From NCBI GenBank assembly GCA_963695545.1, contig OY968796.1:288001-352000 (forward strand): a DNA stretch of 64,000 bases. The letters are read 5' to 3'. Position 1 is the first letter of the stretch. Each line of letters opens with the position of its first letter. A model generated the notes under the pieces. The model did no database searches and was not told the DNA's origin. It saw only the letters and a list, made by a program, of their open reading frames with translations. Shown here piece by piece: positions 10,045 to 20,926 of this stretch. The position numbers were made by a program, and so were the translations under genes. This stretch comes from Terriglobia bacterium (GTDB lineage: Bacteria; Acidobacteriota; Terriglobia; Acidiferrales; UBA7541).

Positions 10045-10509
10045 CTACGGGCCGGCGAAAGCGTTCTTGTGGAGGCGCACGACGGGACGCCGGCCGGGCG
10101 GCGCTTCGATGGCCAGCACGTCAAATCGGCAGGGGGCTTCGGGAATGCGGCGCGCGGCCAGAAATTGGCGCGCGATGCGGCTGAGAACGCGGCGCTTGTC
10201 GTGCGTGACGGCATCTTCGGGAAGGCCAGGGCCTTCGCCGCTGCGCATTTTCACTTCGATGAACGCCAAAACGGGGCCGTCGTATCCGATCAAGTCGATT
10301 TCGCCGTGCAGGCCGGGGACCTGGAAGTTGCGCGCAATGATGGTGTAGTCGTGACGACGTAGGAACCAATAAGCATAGGTCTCGCCGCGAATGCCTCTGC
10401 GCGTGGCTTGCTGTTTGGCTGCGGCGCCGTGCGACGGGAGATCTTCAGCGAGACCGCGTCGCGCGGCCCAATCGACGAGAACGAAGACGACGCGCGAGAC
10501 TACGGGCAG
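10045..10509 (-). CDS. yraN: YraN family endonuclease (start uncertain)
   Basis: 'G..GE..A..FL...ARN...GEIDLI...FIEVK.R...RFDV'; possible CTG start after GAGGAG. Confidence 0.8.
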   Translation of the reverse strand: MPVVSRVVFVLVDWAARRGLAEDLPSHGAAAKQQATRRGIRGETYAYWFLRRHDYTIIARNFQVPGLHGEIDLIGYDGPVLAFIEVKMRSGEGPGLPEDAVTHDKRRVLSRIARQFLAARRIPEAPCRFDVLAIEAPPGRRPVVRLHKNAFAGP

Positions 10510-10576
10510 GGCTTCTCCTCGGGCGCGGAAGAACCGATGCCGCGCAACGCCGCGCCGCGGCGCGGGCGTCGAGAAA

Positions 10577-11935
10577 TTACTTGCCGGTTGCGGCGGCCAC
10601 TTCGGCGATGCACGCGTCCAGCGTATCGACGGCGAAATCGGCCTGTTCGCGATCGATCGTGAGCGGCGGCGCAAGGCGGACGGTGTTCTCGCCCGCGCCG
10701 AGCAGCAGCAGACCTTTTTGGAAGGCGCGCTCCACAATCGCGTCGCGCAAATCATGCGCGCGCTCCTTGGTCTTGCGATCGAGCACGATCTCGACGCCGA
10801 TCATGAGCCCCACGCCGCGAACCGTGCCGACAATCGCGTGGCGCTCGGGCCAATCGACAATGCGCCCAAGAATGTAGTCGCCCATGCGGCGCGCGTTCTC
10901 CATATATTCAGATTCGATCAGGCGAATGGTCTCGAGCGCCGCGGCCACGGAAATCAAATTCCCGCCGAAGGTCGAGGCGTGCGCGCCAGGCGGCCAATTC
11001 ATAATGTCAGAGCTCGAGATGGTGGCTGAAAGCGGCATGCCAGAAGCGATTCCTTTCGCGACGCACAGAATATCCGGCTCGATGCCGGCGTGATCCCCCG
11101 CCCACCACTTTCCTGTGCGTCCCATGCCGCATTGCACCTCGTCGGAGATCAGCAGAATGCCGTGCTTGCGGCACAGGCGCTGCAAGTGGCGCAGAAATTC
11201 GGCGGGCGCGGGCACGTAGCCGCCTTCGCCCTGAATGGGCTCGATGACGATGCCGGCGACATCTTCCGGCGCGACGATCTTGTGAAACAGTTCGCGCTCG
11301 ATGAACGAGGCGCATTCCGCGCAGTATCCGCTCGCGTCCGGTCCGTGCGGGCAGCGATACGGATCGGGGAACGGCGCGTGGAACACGCCGGAGAGCAGCG
11401 AACCGAATCCTTTACGTTGCACGGCCTTCGACGCGGTGAGCGAAAGCGCGCCCATGGTGCGGCCGTGAAAGCCGCCGTAAAACGCGATGAATTTTTCGCG
11501 CCGCGTGTGATAGCGCGCGAGCTTGATGGCGGCTTCGATGGCTTCGGTGCCGGAATTGCCGTAATAGACGCGCTTCTGTTTTTTGCCCGGAGTGATTTCG
11601 CAAAGTTTCTCGGCTAGCTCGACCATGTTCGGATAGTAGAAATCGGTGCCGGACATGTGGATCAACTCGGCGGCCTGCTTCTGAATCGCGGCGACCACGT
11701 CGGGATGGCAGTGTCCGGTAGAGACAACGGCGATGCCGGCGGCGAAATCCAAGAAGCGATTGCCGTCCACGTCTTCAACCAAAGCGCCGCGACCGCTCGC
11801 GCCGACGAATGGATAGCTGCGCGTGTAGGACGATGAGATCGAGCGCGCGTCGCGCTCCAGAATTGCCGCAGCCTTGGGGCCCGGCAGCTTCGTCACCAGG
11901 TGTGCGACGTTGTTCTGAAGTTTTGCGTTCGTCAT
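10577..11935 (-). CDS. Class III PLP-dependent aminotransferase (4-aminobutyrate/acetylornithine type)
   Basis: 'NSGTEAIE', 'FHGRT', 'EPIQGEGG', 'DEVQCGMGRTG', 'AKGIASG'. Confidence 0.9.
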   Translation of the reverse strand: MTNAKLQNNVAHLVTKLPGPKAAAILERDARSISSSYTRSYPFVGASGRGALVEDVDGNRFLDFAAGIAVVSTGHCHPDVVAAIQKQAAELIHMSGTDFYYPNMVELAEKLCEITPGKKQKRVYYGNSGTEAIEAAIKLARYHTRREKFIAFYGGFHGRTMGALSLTASKAVQRKGFGSLLSGVFHAPFPDPYRCPHGPDASGYCAECASFIERELFHKIVAPEDVAGIVIEPIQGEGGYVPAPAEFLRHLQRLCRKHGILLISDEVQCGMGRTGKWWAGDHAGIEPDILCVAKGIASGMPLSATISSSDIMNWPPGAHASTFGGNLISVAAALETIRLIESEYMENARRMGDYILGRIVDWPERHAIVGTVRGVGLMIGVEIVLDRKTKERAHDLRDAIVERAFQKGLLLLGAGENTVRLAPPLTIDREQADFAVDTLDACIAEVAAATGK

Positions 11936-12129
11936 GAGAATCCCCCGAGAATTGCTTTTTGCGCGAAATGCAGTCGACATGGAATCAGCGCGCGGACTGC
12001 ACGCGGCCAGAACACAGGACGCCGCGCGCATGCTGCGGAGGCAAAAATTAATTTAGTCGACGCTGAACAGGCTGGGGCGTTCGAGAGACGGAAGACAGTG
12101 CTTTGCGGTCGAGTTGTGATGCAAGAAGC

Positions 12130-13575
12130 TCATTTTCGTTTCCAACGGATGCCGCCGTCTTTGATATCTTCGAGCAGAATACCACGGTCGGCCAATTCCT
12201 GCCGAATCTTATCCGCCGCTTTGAAATCTTTGCGCTGCCGCGCGGCTTGGCGCTGGGCGACGAGCGCGTCAATTTCCGCGTCGGAGGCCGCGGCGCCGCT
12301 GCCGGCGGGGGCAATTCCGAGCGCGGCCAGGCGCTGGGCGTCATCATCTTTAAGTACGGCGAAGATAGCGTCGAATTTATCGAGCACGGCGCGCGCGGCG
12401 GCGCGCTCATCCGCGCGGAACGCGCCGCGATCCATCGCGATGTTGGCTTCGCGAACCATGTCGAAGATCGCGGCAAGCGCCTGCGCGGTGTTGAGATCGT
12501 CGGCCAGCGCGGCTTCAAATCGTTCGGCGGATTCGGCAACGGCGCGGGCCATCGCCGGATCGGAGCCCGGCGGCAGCGATTCGGCCGCAAGACGCGCGGC
12601 GAAGTTCCGCAGCCGCTCGACTGAACTCGCAGCCTGCTGCAATCCCTCGGCCGTGAAATTGAGTTGCGTACGATACGGCACCGATGCCAGCAGAAAGCGC
12701 ACGGCTGAAGGTCGGTTTCCTTCGGTCAACAATTCGCGCAGCGTTGCGAAATTCCCAACCGACTTCGACATCTTTTCATGGTCCACGAGGAGATGCTCGG
12801 CGTGCAGCCAGTAACGCACGAACTGTCTGCCGGTGGCGGCCTCGGATTGCGCGATTTCGTTTTCGTGGTGCGGGAAGCACAGGTCGATGCCGCCCGAATG
12901 AATGTCAATCGTTTCGCCGAGCAGCGCCATGGCCATGGCCGAGCATTCGATGTGCCAGCCGGGACGTCCGGGGCCGATCGGTTCTTCCCAAAATTGCTCG
13001 CCGGGCTTCGGCGCTTTCCACAACGCGAAATCGCGCGCGTCGGTTTTGTCGTAGCGGTCGACGTCCACGCGCGCGCCGGCCTGGATTCCACTCAAATCGA
13101 TCTTCGAGAGTTTGCCGTAATTCGGAAACTTCGAGATGCGGTAATAGATCGAGCCGTCGCTCGCGTAGGTGTAGCCCTTGGCGATCAGGCGCTCGATCAG
13201 GCGCACCATATCGTCGATGTGATCGGTGGCGCGCACGAAATGCTCGGGCGGCTCGAGATTGAGCGCCGCGCGGTCTTCAAGGAACGCACGGATGTAGTCG
13301 TCGGTGTATTGGCGAATCGTAACGCCGGCTTCGGCGGCGCGCTTGATGATGCGGTCGTCCACGTCGGTCAGATTCATCACCTGAATCACGCGATAGCCCT
13401 GCGAGCGGAGGAATCTGCGCAGGATGTCCTGAAATACGAACGTGCGAAAATTGCCGATGTGCGCGAAATCGTAGACCGTCGGTCCGCAGGTGTAGATGCG
13501 GACTTCACCGGGATGTAGCGGCACGAACGGTTCGGTGCGTCCGCCCAGCGTGTTGTGCAGCAAAATCTCGCGCAC
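12130..13575 (-). CDS. cysS: Cysteine--tRNA ligase
   Basis: CGPTVY, HIGN, GRPGWHIEC, KMSKS. Confidence 0.95.
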   Translation of the reverse strand: MREILLHNTLGGRTEPFVPLHPGEVRIYTCGPTVYDFAHIGNFRTFVFQDILRRFLRSQGYRVIQVMNLTDVDDRIIKRAAEAGVTIRQYTDDYIRAFLEDRAALNLEPPEHFVRATDHIDDMVRLIERLIAKGYTYASDGSIYYRISKFPNYGKLSKIDLSGIQAGARVDVDRYDKTDARDFALWKAPKPGEQFWEEPIGPGRPGWHIECSAMAMALLGETIDIHSGGIDLCFPHHENEIAQSEAATGRQFVRYWLHAEHLLVDHEKMSKSVGNFATLRELLTEGNRPSAVRFLLASVPYRTQLNFTAEGLQQAASSVERLRNFAARLAAESLPPGSDPAMARAVAESAERFEAALADDLNTAQALAAIFDMVREANIAMDRGAFRADERAAARAVLDKFDAIFAVLKDDDAQRLAALGIAPAGSGAAASDAEIDALVAQRQAARQRKDFKAADKIRQELADRGILLEDIKDGGIRWKRK

Positions 13576-13762
13576 GGTTTTCGATCCTCGCAACAGCGCG
13601 TCAGCAGCGCAACGCGCAAACGTGCAATTCTAGCCGACCGCGCGAGAGCGCGAAAGAGCGTGCCTTGCACGTGTGCCTGTTCTTGATTCGACTGAGGCGG
13701 CGTGCTAGTCTCGACCCGCCTGCGCGAAACTTTACGCGCAACCCTGCAAAACGAGGACATCG

Positions 13763-14062
13763 ATGGCCGACGACGCACTCGGAATGATTGAGACCAAGGG
13801 GCTGGTCGGCTCGATTGAAGCCGCCGACGCCATGGTCAAGGCGGCCAACGTCGTGATTATCGGCAAGGAATATATCGGCTCGGGTTTTGTGACCGTGATG
13901 GTGCGCGGCGACGTCGGCGCGGTGAAGGCCGCAACCGACGCGGGCGCGGCGGCGGCGCGGCGCGTCGGCGAACTCGTGGCGGTGCACGTGATTCCGCGGC
14001 CGCATGAGTTGGTGGAAAAAATCTTGCCGGGCGGCGGAAATCCGCCTAGCGCGAAGAGATAG
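13763..14062 (+). CDS. Bacterial microcompartment hexameric shell protein (BMC-H, EutM/PduA-like)
   Basis: '[26 protein letters not shown]...[14 protein letters not shown]...HVIPRPH'. Confidence 0.93.
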   Translation: MADDALGMIETKGLVGSIEAADAMVKAANVVIIGKEYIGSGFVTVMVRGDVGAVKAATDAGAAAARRVGELVAVHVIPRPHELVEKILPGGGNPPSAKR

Positions 14063-14093
14063 AGCGCGCGCCCGAATTAAAAGGTAAGGCGCA

Positions 14094-16046
14094 TTGGACC
14101 TTCGCGACCGCGACCTCATCTCCATCCAGCAAGCCCGCGAACTGGCGGTCCGCGCCGCCGCCGCCCAAAAACGATTCGCCACATTTTCGCAACAGCAGGT
14201 GGACGCCATCGTGGAGGCCTGCGCCACAGCCGCCACCGAAGCGGCGGAATCGCTGGCGCGCGTGGCCGTCGAAGAGACCGGCTACGGCAATGTTCCCGAT
14301 AAAATCCTGAAGAACCGCGTGGCGTCGGTCGAAGTGCCGCGCGCGATTCGCGAGATGCGCACCGTCGGCGTGGTGCGCGAGGACGCGAAGGCCGGCATCA
14401 TCGAAATCGCCACTCCCATCGGCGTGGTCGCCGCGATCATCCCGTCCACAAATCCGACATCGACGGCGATCTATAAGACACTGATCGCAATTAAGGCGCG
14501 CAACGCGATCGTGCTCAGCCCGCACCCCTCGGCGATTCGCTGCATCTGCCAGGCCGCCGCAATTCTGGATCGCGCGGCGCTGACGGCCGGCGCGCCGGAG
14601 GGATTAATCTCCTGCATGACGCAGACCACGCTGCCGGGCACGCAAGAATTGATGCGCCAGCGCGAAGTCGGCGTGGTTCTGGCGACCGGCGGAACGGGGT
14701 TGGTGCGCGCCGCCTACAGTTCCGGCAAGCCGGCCTACGGCGTGGGACCGGGCAACGTGCCCGCCGCGATCGAGCGCACCGCGAATGTACACGAGGCCGT
14801 CGCCGATATCATCGCCGGCAAGACATTCGACTACGGAACAATTTGCTCGTCCGAGCAAGCCATCGTGGCCGAAGAATCCGTGCGCGATCAGGCGCTCGAA
14901 GAATTGCGCCAGCAAGGCGCGCATTTCCTGTCGCGCGAAGAGGCTGAAAAAGTCGGACGTCTCGTGTTTCAACCGGGTTCGCACGTGGCAAATTCCAAAA
15001 TTGTCGGCCGCCCCGCCACGGTGATCGCCGAAATGGCGGGAATTTCCGTGCCGAGTGCGACGCGCGTGTTGATCGCGCGCCTGGAACCGCAGCAAGTGGG
15101 CCGCGAATTTCCGTTATCGGCGGAAAAACTTTCGCCAATCCTCGCGTTCTACGCGGTTGCGGATTTCGCCGCGCTCGTCGAGCAAGCCACGCGCCTGCTA
15201 CTGTTCGGCGGCGCGGGCCATACGGCTTCGATCCACACCTCCGACGCGGATAAAGCGCGGCGCTACGGCCAAGCGGTGCCGGCGTTTCGCGTGTGCGTGA
15301 ACACATCGTCGGTGCACGGCTCGATCGGATATTCGACCAACCTGTTCCCGGCGATGACGCTCGGCTGCGGCGCGCCCGGCGGAAACATCACGTCCGACAA
15401 TATCGGCCCGCAGCACTTGATGAATATCAAGCGCATCGCGTGGGAATCGCGGCCGGTTGAACATCGCACCGTCGCCGCGGATCGGCGCATGTTTGCCGAC
15501 GCCGGAATTGCCCAGCCTATCGGCGTCGGGCCATCGCATGCCCACAACGATTTCGCGCAATCGAAGGCATCGTCGGCGCCACCAACGGCATCTTCATCGC
15601 CGTCAGGTCCGACAAGCGCGCCCGCGTTATCAGCCACAGCCAAACTCGATTCGCCATCGCCCGCGTTGCCCGACCGCGCTGTACTTGCTCGGTTGGTCGA
15701 GCACGTGCTTTCGGCGCACGGCATCGCGCGCGGCTCCGGTTTGTCCGGCGCGGCAGCAGCCGACACGCGTGCTGAAACACCGCCGGCGAAATCCACCGCG
15801 AGTGCCCCGCCGCAAATCGAGCGCGACGCGCCGAAACCTGTGGCCGCTTCACCCTCGCCGAAGCCAGCCAAGCGCAGTGTCGAAATTTCCGCCTTCGTCA
15901 GCGAAAACGACGTGCGCCAAGCGATGACGCGCAGCCAGAAAATTTTCATCGGCCCGAAGACGATTCTCACGCCCTCGGCGCGCGATCTCGGACGCGAGCA
16001 CGAAGTGTTCGTCGAAACCGGCGCCGAAGCCGGCGTCGCTCCTTAA
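14094..16046 (+). CDS. CoA-acylating aldehyde dehydrogenase (EutE/PduP-like) with C-terminal extension
   Basis: 'PSTNPTST', 'ATGG', 'GVGPGN', 'ICSSEQ', 'EKLSP', '[13 protein letters not shown]'; TTG start after AAGGTAAGG. Confidence 0.88.
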   Translation: MDLRDRDLISIQQARELAVRAAAAQKRFATFSQQQVDAIVEACATAATEAAESLARVAVEETGYGNVPDKILKNRVASVEVPRAIREMRTVGVVREDAKAGIIEIATPIGVVAAIIPSTNPTSTAIYKTLIAIKARNAIVLSPHPSAIRCICQAAAILDRAALTAGAPEGLISCMTQTTLPGTQELMRQREVGVVLATGGTGLVRAAYSSGKPAYGVGPGNVPAAIERTANVHEAVADIIAGKTFDYGTICSSEQAIVAEESVRDQALEELRQQGAHFLSREEAEKVGRLVFQPGSHVANSKIVGRPATVIAEMAGISVPSATRVLIARLEPQQVGREFPLSAEKLSPILAFYAVADFAALVEQATRLLLFGGAGHTASIHTSDADKARRYGQAVPAFRVCVNTSSVHGSIGYSTNLFPAMTLGCGAPGGNITSDNIGPQHLMNIKRIAWESRPVEHRTVAADRRMFADAGIAQPIGVGPSHAHNDFAQSKASSAPPTASSSPSGPTSAPALSATAKLDSPSPALPDRAVLARLVEHVLSAHGIARGSGLSGAAAADTRAETPPAKSTASAPPQIERDAPKPVAASPSPKPAKRSVEISAFVSENDVRQAMTRSQKIFIGPKTILTPSARDLGREHEVFVETGAEAGVAP

Positions 16047-16196
16047 ATATTTCGTCGCGCATCGCCCGCCCGCGCCGTGCATAGAGCGCGCACAGAGCCG
16101 CGCGGCGGCGATTGTGCCCCGCAAACCCCTTGCCTATACTGAGCCTCTAATGAACTGATCAGCAGCGGATGCCGTGCTTCCGCCGATGATGCGCCT

Positions 16197-18665
16197 ATGA
16201 GAAACCAAAAAGCCCAACGCCTCGCCCGGTGGTCCGCCGCGATTGCCATACTCATGGCCGCCGCCGTCGCGGGCGTCTATTTGCACCGCGCGCTCCTCGC
16301 GCGCCGTGCGCGGGCCCTGGCTCCTCCGTCGGTGCCGGCGACAATCGAGGAACACTCCGCGGGATTTTCCCTTTCACCGTCGAATGGCAATCGCACGACC
16401 TACACAATTCGCGCCGCGAACGCCACGCAATTCAAGGAAGGCAACCGCACTGAGCTTGAAGACGTTTGGATCACCGCCTACGGCGACCAGGGCGACCGCA
16501 ACGACACGTTGCGCACAAAATCCTGCGACTACATTCCGGCATCCTCTTCCTCCGCCGCGGGATCCTCCTCACCTTCGTCTTCCTCCGGCGACTCGGGCGG
16601 GCGCATGACCTGCGCGGGCGACGTTGAAATCGACCTCGAAAGCGCTTCCGACGCCAAAGCTCATCCGAGCGCGGCGAATGGCGATCCTTCGCCAGCGGCC
16701 AACGTCATGCACGTTTCTACGTCCAATCTTTCCTTCGAGCAGGACTCCGGCATCGCGAGCACCGATCGCGCCGTCAATTTTCATTTCCCCGGCGGCGCGG
16801 GCAAAGCGGTCGGACTGCGATTCGATTCGCAGCAAGGCAATCTGAATCTCGCGCATGACGTCGAGATCGTTCTGCAGCCGCAAGGCCCGGGAGCGGAGCA
16901 AGGCCCGCCTCCGACAAACGCCACGCCGCCGGCGAATTCTGCAAATCCCCCGATGACCATTCGCGGACAAGGCATGGTTTATCGCCGGAGCGACGGCGTG
17001 GCGCATCTCGGCGGCCCGGCCGACATTCAAGACGGCGCGAGCGAGCTGATCGCGCAAGCCATTGCGCTTGAACTGGATGAAAATTTTCACGCGCGGCGCG
17101 CCGTCGCCTCGGGCCAGCCTGAGCTCCATCAGACCGATCCTCGCCGACAAATCGTCACTTCCGCCGATGAGTTCACGGCGCTCTTCTTACCGAATGGATC
17201 GGTTGGCCGCGTCGTAGCCGACGGCGACATTCGCACGATCTCGAGCGGCCGCGGTCAGCAGGACGAATTCGACGCCGCGCACGCCGAGCTCGAAATCGCG
17301 CCAGGTACCGGCCAGCCGCGCCTGTTCACGGCTTCGGGCGGCACGAAAGGAACAGCGCACGTCGGAAACACCACGCGAACGTTCGCAACTGCCGCGCTCG
17401 AAATTACTTTTGCGCAGCCCGTGGCGCGCCACGGATCCGCGCAGCCGGAACTCGTGCACACTTTGGCTCCGGCCACGGCAGAATGGATCGCGCCTGCTGC
17501 AGCCAGCAAAGCTGTCGCGCCCGCGAGCGCGGCGCCTGCAACGCAGACGACAATGCAGACGACCCGCATGAGCGGGCAGACCGTCGACCTTCATTTCGGC
17601 TCGAACTCACAAATCGACCACATGAGCGGGATCGGCGGCGTGGAAGTCGATCAAGATTTAGGCGCAGCCGCGGGATCGCGTTCCTCAACGTCGCAAAATC
17701 TAGACGCGCGCTTCGACAACGCCGGCAATTGGACCACGATCGAGCAATCGGGACGCGTGCACTATCGCGATCCGCAAGGCACGGCCGAGGCCGACCACGC
17801 GCACATGGGCAACGCCGCAAACACCGCGGCGCTCACGGGCGCCGTCGTACTGACCGACGCGAATTCACGCACGACCGCCGCGACAGCCACGTTCGCGCAC
17901 GACACAGGAATCCTGCGCGCCGATGGCCGCGTGATCACCGCCGAACTTGCAAACGCCGCGAGTCCCGTGGCCAATTTTTCGGATGAACCCGCGCGCGTCT
18001 CAGCCGACCATCTTGTTGCCGAACGCGCCGCAGGCCACGCCACGTACACCGGCCATGCGCGTCTGTGGCAGGGAGAAGCCGTGATGCAAGCGGACACCAT
18101 CGAGCTCGATCATCCCGCGCAAATTCTCACGGCGCTCGGCCACGTGCGCGCCGTCTTCCCCGCCGCAGCCTGGAATCCCGCGCCCGACGCGTCGACGAAC
18201 GCCAAGCGCGCGACTCCCGCCACCAAAACTACCGCGCCCCAGCCGCCCGAACTTTGGCACGCGCAAGGAGATCGCCTGACTTATTGGAGCCAGAAATCCC
18301 TCGGCCGCCTCGAAGGAAACGCCAGCGCCGATTCGCAGGAAGCCTCACTCCGCGCGCCCACCATCGACTTCCTGTTCGCGCCGGTCGTTGCAACCAATCC
18401 CTCCGGCCAGAAGCAATTGGTCCGCGCCATAGCCACTGGCGGCGTCAGCGTGCGCCAAATGGACCGCCGCGGCACATCCCAGCGCGCCGACTACACCGTC
18501 GCCGACCGCAAATTCGTCCTTAGCGGCGGTCTTCCCGTGCTGCGTGACGATTCCGGAAACAGCACCACAGGCCGTCAATTGACCTTCATTTTTGCGGATG
18601 ATACGATTGTCGTGGATTCGGAGGAAGGCACCCGCACACTGACACTCCACCGGGTCGAGAAATGA
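16197..18665 (+). CDS. LPS export LptC/LptA(OstA)-like multidomain protein
   Basis: N-terminal TM then repeated beta-jellyroll-like segments ('A.G.V', 'YTGHARLWQG', 'LSGG.P'); directly upstream of lptB. Confidence 0.7.
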   Translation: MRNQKAQRLARWSAAIAILMAAAVAGVYLHRALLARRARALAPPSVPATIEEHSAGFSLSPSNGNRTTYTIRAANATQFKEGNRTELEDVWITAYGDQGDRNDTLRTKSCDYIPASSSSAAGSSSPSSSSGDSGGRMTCAGDVEIDLESASDAKAHPSAANGDPSPAANVMHVSTSNLSFEQDSGIASTDRAVNFHFPGGAGKAVGLRFDSQQGNLNLAHDVEIVLQPQGPGAEQGPPPTNATPPANSANPPMTIRGQGMVYRRSDGVAHLGGPADIQDGASELIAQAIALELDENFHARRAVASGQPELHQTDPRRQIVTSADEFTALFLPNGSVGRVVADGDIRTISSGRGQQDEFDAAHAELEIAPGTGQPRLFTASGGTKGTAHVGNTTRTFATAALEITFAQPVARHGSAQPELVHTLAPATAEWIAPAAASKAVAPASAAPATQTTMQTTRMSGQTVDLHFGSNSQIDHMSGIGGVEVDQDLGAAAGSRSSTSQNLDARFDNAGNWTTIEQSGRVHYRDPQGTAEADHAHMGNAANTAALTGAVVLTDANSRTTAATATFAHDTGILRADGRVITAELANAASPVANFSDEPARVSADHLVAERAAGHATYTGHARLWQGEAVMQADTIELDHPAQILTALGHVRAVFPAAAWNPAPDASTNAKRATPATKTTAPQPPELWHAQGDRLTYWSQKSLGRLEGNASADSQEASLRAPTIDFLFAPVVATNPSGQKQLVRAIATGGVSVRQMDRRGTSQRADYTVADRKFVLSGGLPVLRDDSGNSTTGRQLTFIFADDTIVVDSEEGTRTLTLHRVEK

Positions 18666-18671
18666 TGTCTC

Positions 18672-19397
18672 ATGCCCAAGCTCCAGGCCGTCGAACTCAG
18701 CAAATCATACCGGGGCCGCAAAGTCGTGGACAATGTGGATCTCGAAATCGCAGAAGGCGAAGTCGTCGGCCTTTTGGGACCAAACGGCGCGGGTAAGACG
18801 ACCACTTTCTATATTTTGGTGGGTTTGGCGCGGCCGGATTCAGGACGCGTGCTCCTCGACGGCGAGGACATCACCGACCTTCCCATGTACATGCGGGCAC
18901 GTAATGGCATCAGTTATCTTCCCCAGGAACCTTCGGTGTTTCGCCAATTGACCGTGGAAGAAAATTTGCTTGCCGTTCTCGAGACCGTGCCGCTCACCGC
19001 GACGCAGCAACGCGATCGCCTCGAAGAACTGCTCGCGCAGATGGGTCTTGAGACCGTGCGCCTGAATCGCGCCTACACGCTTTCCGGCGGCGAGCGGCGG
19101 CGTCTTGAAATCGCGCGTTCCCTGGTTCTCGATCCCACCTTCATACTTCTCGACGAGCCTTTTTCCGGAATCGATCCTCTTACCGTCGTCGACATTCAGA
19201 AGATCATCTCCGAGCTCAGCGATGGCGGCATCGGCGTTCTCGTGACCGACCACAACGTTCGCGAGACGCTGCGCGTCACCGACCGGGCCTACATCATCAG
19301 CAGCGGGCGGACATTCCGGCACGGCAGTCCGGCCGAATTGAGCCAGGACGCCGAGGTCCGGCGCGTCTACCTGGGCGATTATTTCGAGCTGAACTAG
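18672..19397 (+). CDS. lptB: LPS export ABC transporter ATP-binding protein
   Basis: [36 protein letters not shown]. Confidence 0.95.
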   Translation: MPKLQAVELSKSYRGRKVVDNVDLEIAEGEVVGLLGPNGAGKTTTFYILVGLARPDSGRVLLDGEDITDLPMYMRARNGISYLPQEPSVFRQLTVEENLLAVLETVPLTATQQRDRLEELLAQMGLETVRLNRAYTLSGGERRRLEIARSLVLDPTFILLDEPFSGIDPLTVVDIQKIISELSDGGIGVLVTDHNVRETLRVTDRAYIISSGRTFRHGSPAELSQDAEVRRVYLGDYFELN

Positions 19398-19409
19398 AGC
19401 GGAACGCCG

Positions 19410-20915
19410 ATGAGCTGGCTACAGCCCAAACTCAACCTCAGGGTCGCGCAGAAGCAAATTCTGACGCCCGGCCTCGTGCAGATGGTGAGTGTGCTCGCCC
19501 TCAACCGGCTCGAGCTTCGCGAGATGATCAATCAGGAAATGGTCGCGAATCCGGTGCTCGAAGAAGTCACCGAAGAAGGCCCAGCAACCGCCGAAGATTA
19601 CAGCGACGAAGCCTTCATCAAAGCCGAAACCGAAAAAGTTCCCGAAACCGAGCCCGCCAATCCTTTCGACGAATTCGACCTCTCCTCGTTCTTCAATCAA
19701 TATCTCGATTCCGGCGGCGGCGCCGCCGATCGCGGCGAGCACGAAACCATTGAGCGCCCTTCGTTCGATAAATTTCTCTCTTCTCCGCAAGGCCTCACCG
19801 AATATCTCACCTGGCAATTAAGCGCCACCGTTTGCACGGAATCCGTGCGCGCCATTGCGGACATCATCATCGGCAACCTCGATGAAAACGGTTATCTGAC
19901 CGCCTCGCTCGAGGAAATCACGCACGAGGGCAAATTTTCCGCCGACGATATGGAAGACGCGCTGGCCGTCGTGCAGGAATTCGATCCGCTCGGCGTCGGC
20001 GCGCGAAATTTGCGCGAATGTCTGCAAATCCAGTTGCGCGGCCTCGATCCGCAAAACGCGCTTGCGCAGCAGATCGTCTCCGAATGCCTGCCGAAGCGCC
20101 CGCTTGCCGCATCCGAACCCGATTTGCTCGATCCGGAAAGCCCGCTCTCGAAATTGCTGCAATCCAATCAGCTCAAGGAAATCGCGCGCGCTCTCAATCG
20201 GCCCGTCGAACTCGTCAAGCGCGCCGTCGAACTCATCAAGAAACTCGATCCGCGCCCCGGCCTGCGTTACAACAAAACCGAGCCGCGTCTCGTCGAACCC
20301 GACGTCTATTTCCGCAAGGTGGACGACGCGTGGCAGGTCTTCATGAACGAAGACGACGTGCCGCAGCTTCGCCTGAGTCCGGTCTATCGCCGCTTGCTCG
20401 CGCGCGACGCTGCCGACCGCGAAGTCCGCAACTACGTGAAGGAACGCTTCACCGCCGCGCTCCAATTAATGAAGAGCATTGAGCAGCGCAAGCACACCAT
20501 TCTCCGCGTTTGCCAGGTGATCATTCGCCGCCAGGGCGATTACCTCGACCACGGCGCCGATCAGCTGAAACCCATGATGATCAAGGAAGTCGCCGAGGAA
20601 GTCGGCGTGCATCCTTCCACCGTCAGCCGCGCCGTGGCCAGCAAATACGCGCACACGCCGCAGGGCGTGATCGAGTTGCGCCAATTTTTCTCGGAGTCCG
20701 TCAACGGACCCGAGGGCGGCAGCATGTCGCTTCTGACTCTGAAGCGCCTGGTGAAAAAAATGATTGGCGAAGAAGACACCGCTCATCCGCTCACGGATGA
20801 CGCCATCGCTCGAAAACTACAGATCGCCGGCATCCTGGTAACCCGCCGCACGGTAGCCAAGTATCGCGAGGACCTTCGCATCCCGAGCACGCATCAGCGC
20901 CGGGTGAAATCTTAA
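19410..20915 (+). CDS. rpoN: RNA polymerase sigma-54 factor
   Basis: HPSTVSRA helix-turn-helix and RpoN box RRTVAKYRE. Confidence 0.95.
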   Translation: MSWLQPKLNLRVAQKQILTPGLVQMVSVLALNRLELREMINQEMVANPVLEEVTEEGPATAEDYSDEAFIKAETEKVPETEPANPFDEFDLSSFFNQYLDSGGGAADRGEHETIERPSFDKFLSSPQGLTEYLTWQLSATVCTESVRAIADIIIGNLDENGYLTASLEEITHEGKFSADDMEDALAVVQEFDPLGVGARNLRECLQIQLRGLDPQNALAQQIVSECLPKRPLAASEPDLLDPESPLSKLLQSNQLKEIARALNRPVELVKRAVELIKKLDPRPGLRYNKTEPRLVEPDVYFRKVDDAWQVFMNEDDVPQLRLSPVYRRLLARDAADREVRNYVKERFTAALQLMKSIEQRKHTILRVCQVIIRRQGDYLDHGADQLKPMMIKEVAEEVGVHPSTVSRAVASKYAHTPQGVIELRQFFSESVNGPEGGSMSLLTLKRLVKKMIGEEDTAHPLTDDAIARKLQIAGILVTRRTVAKYREDLRIPSTHQRRVKS

Positions 20916-20926
20916 ACGCGCCAATC

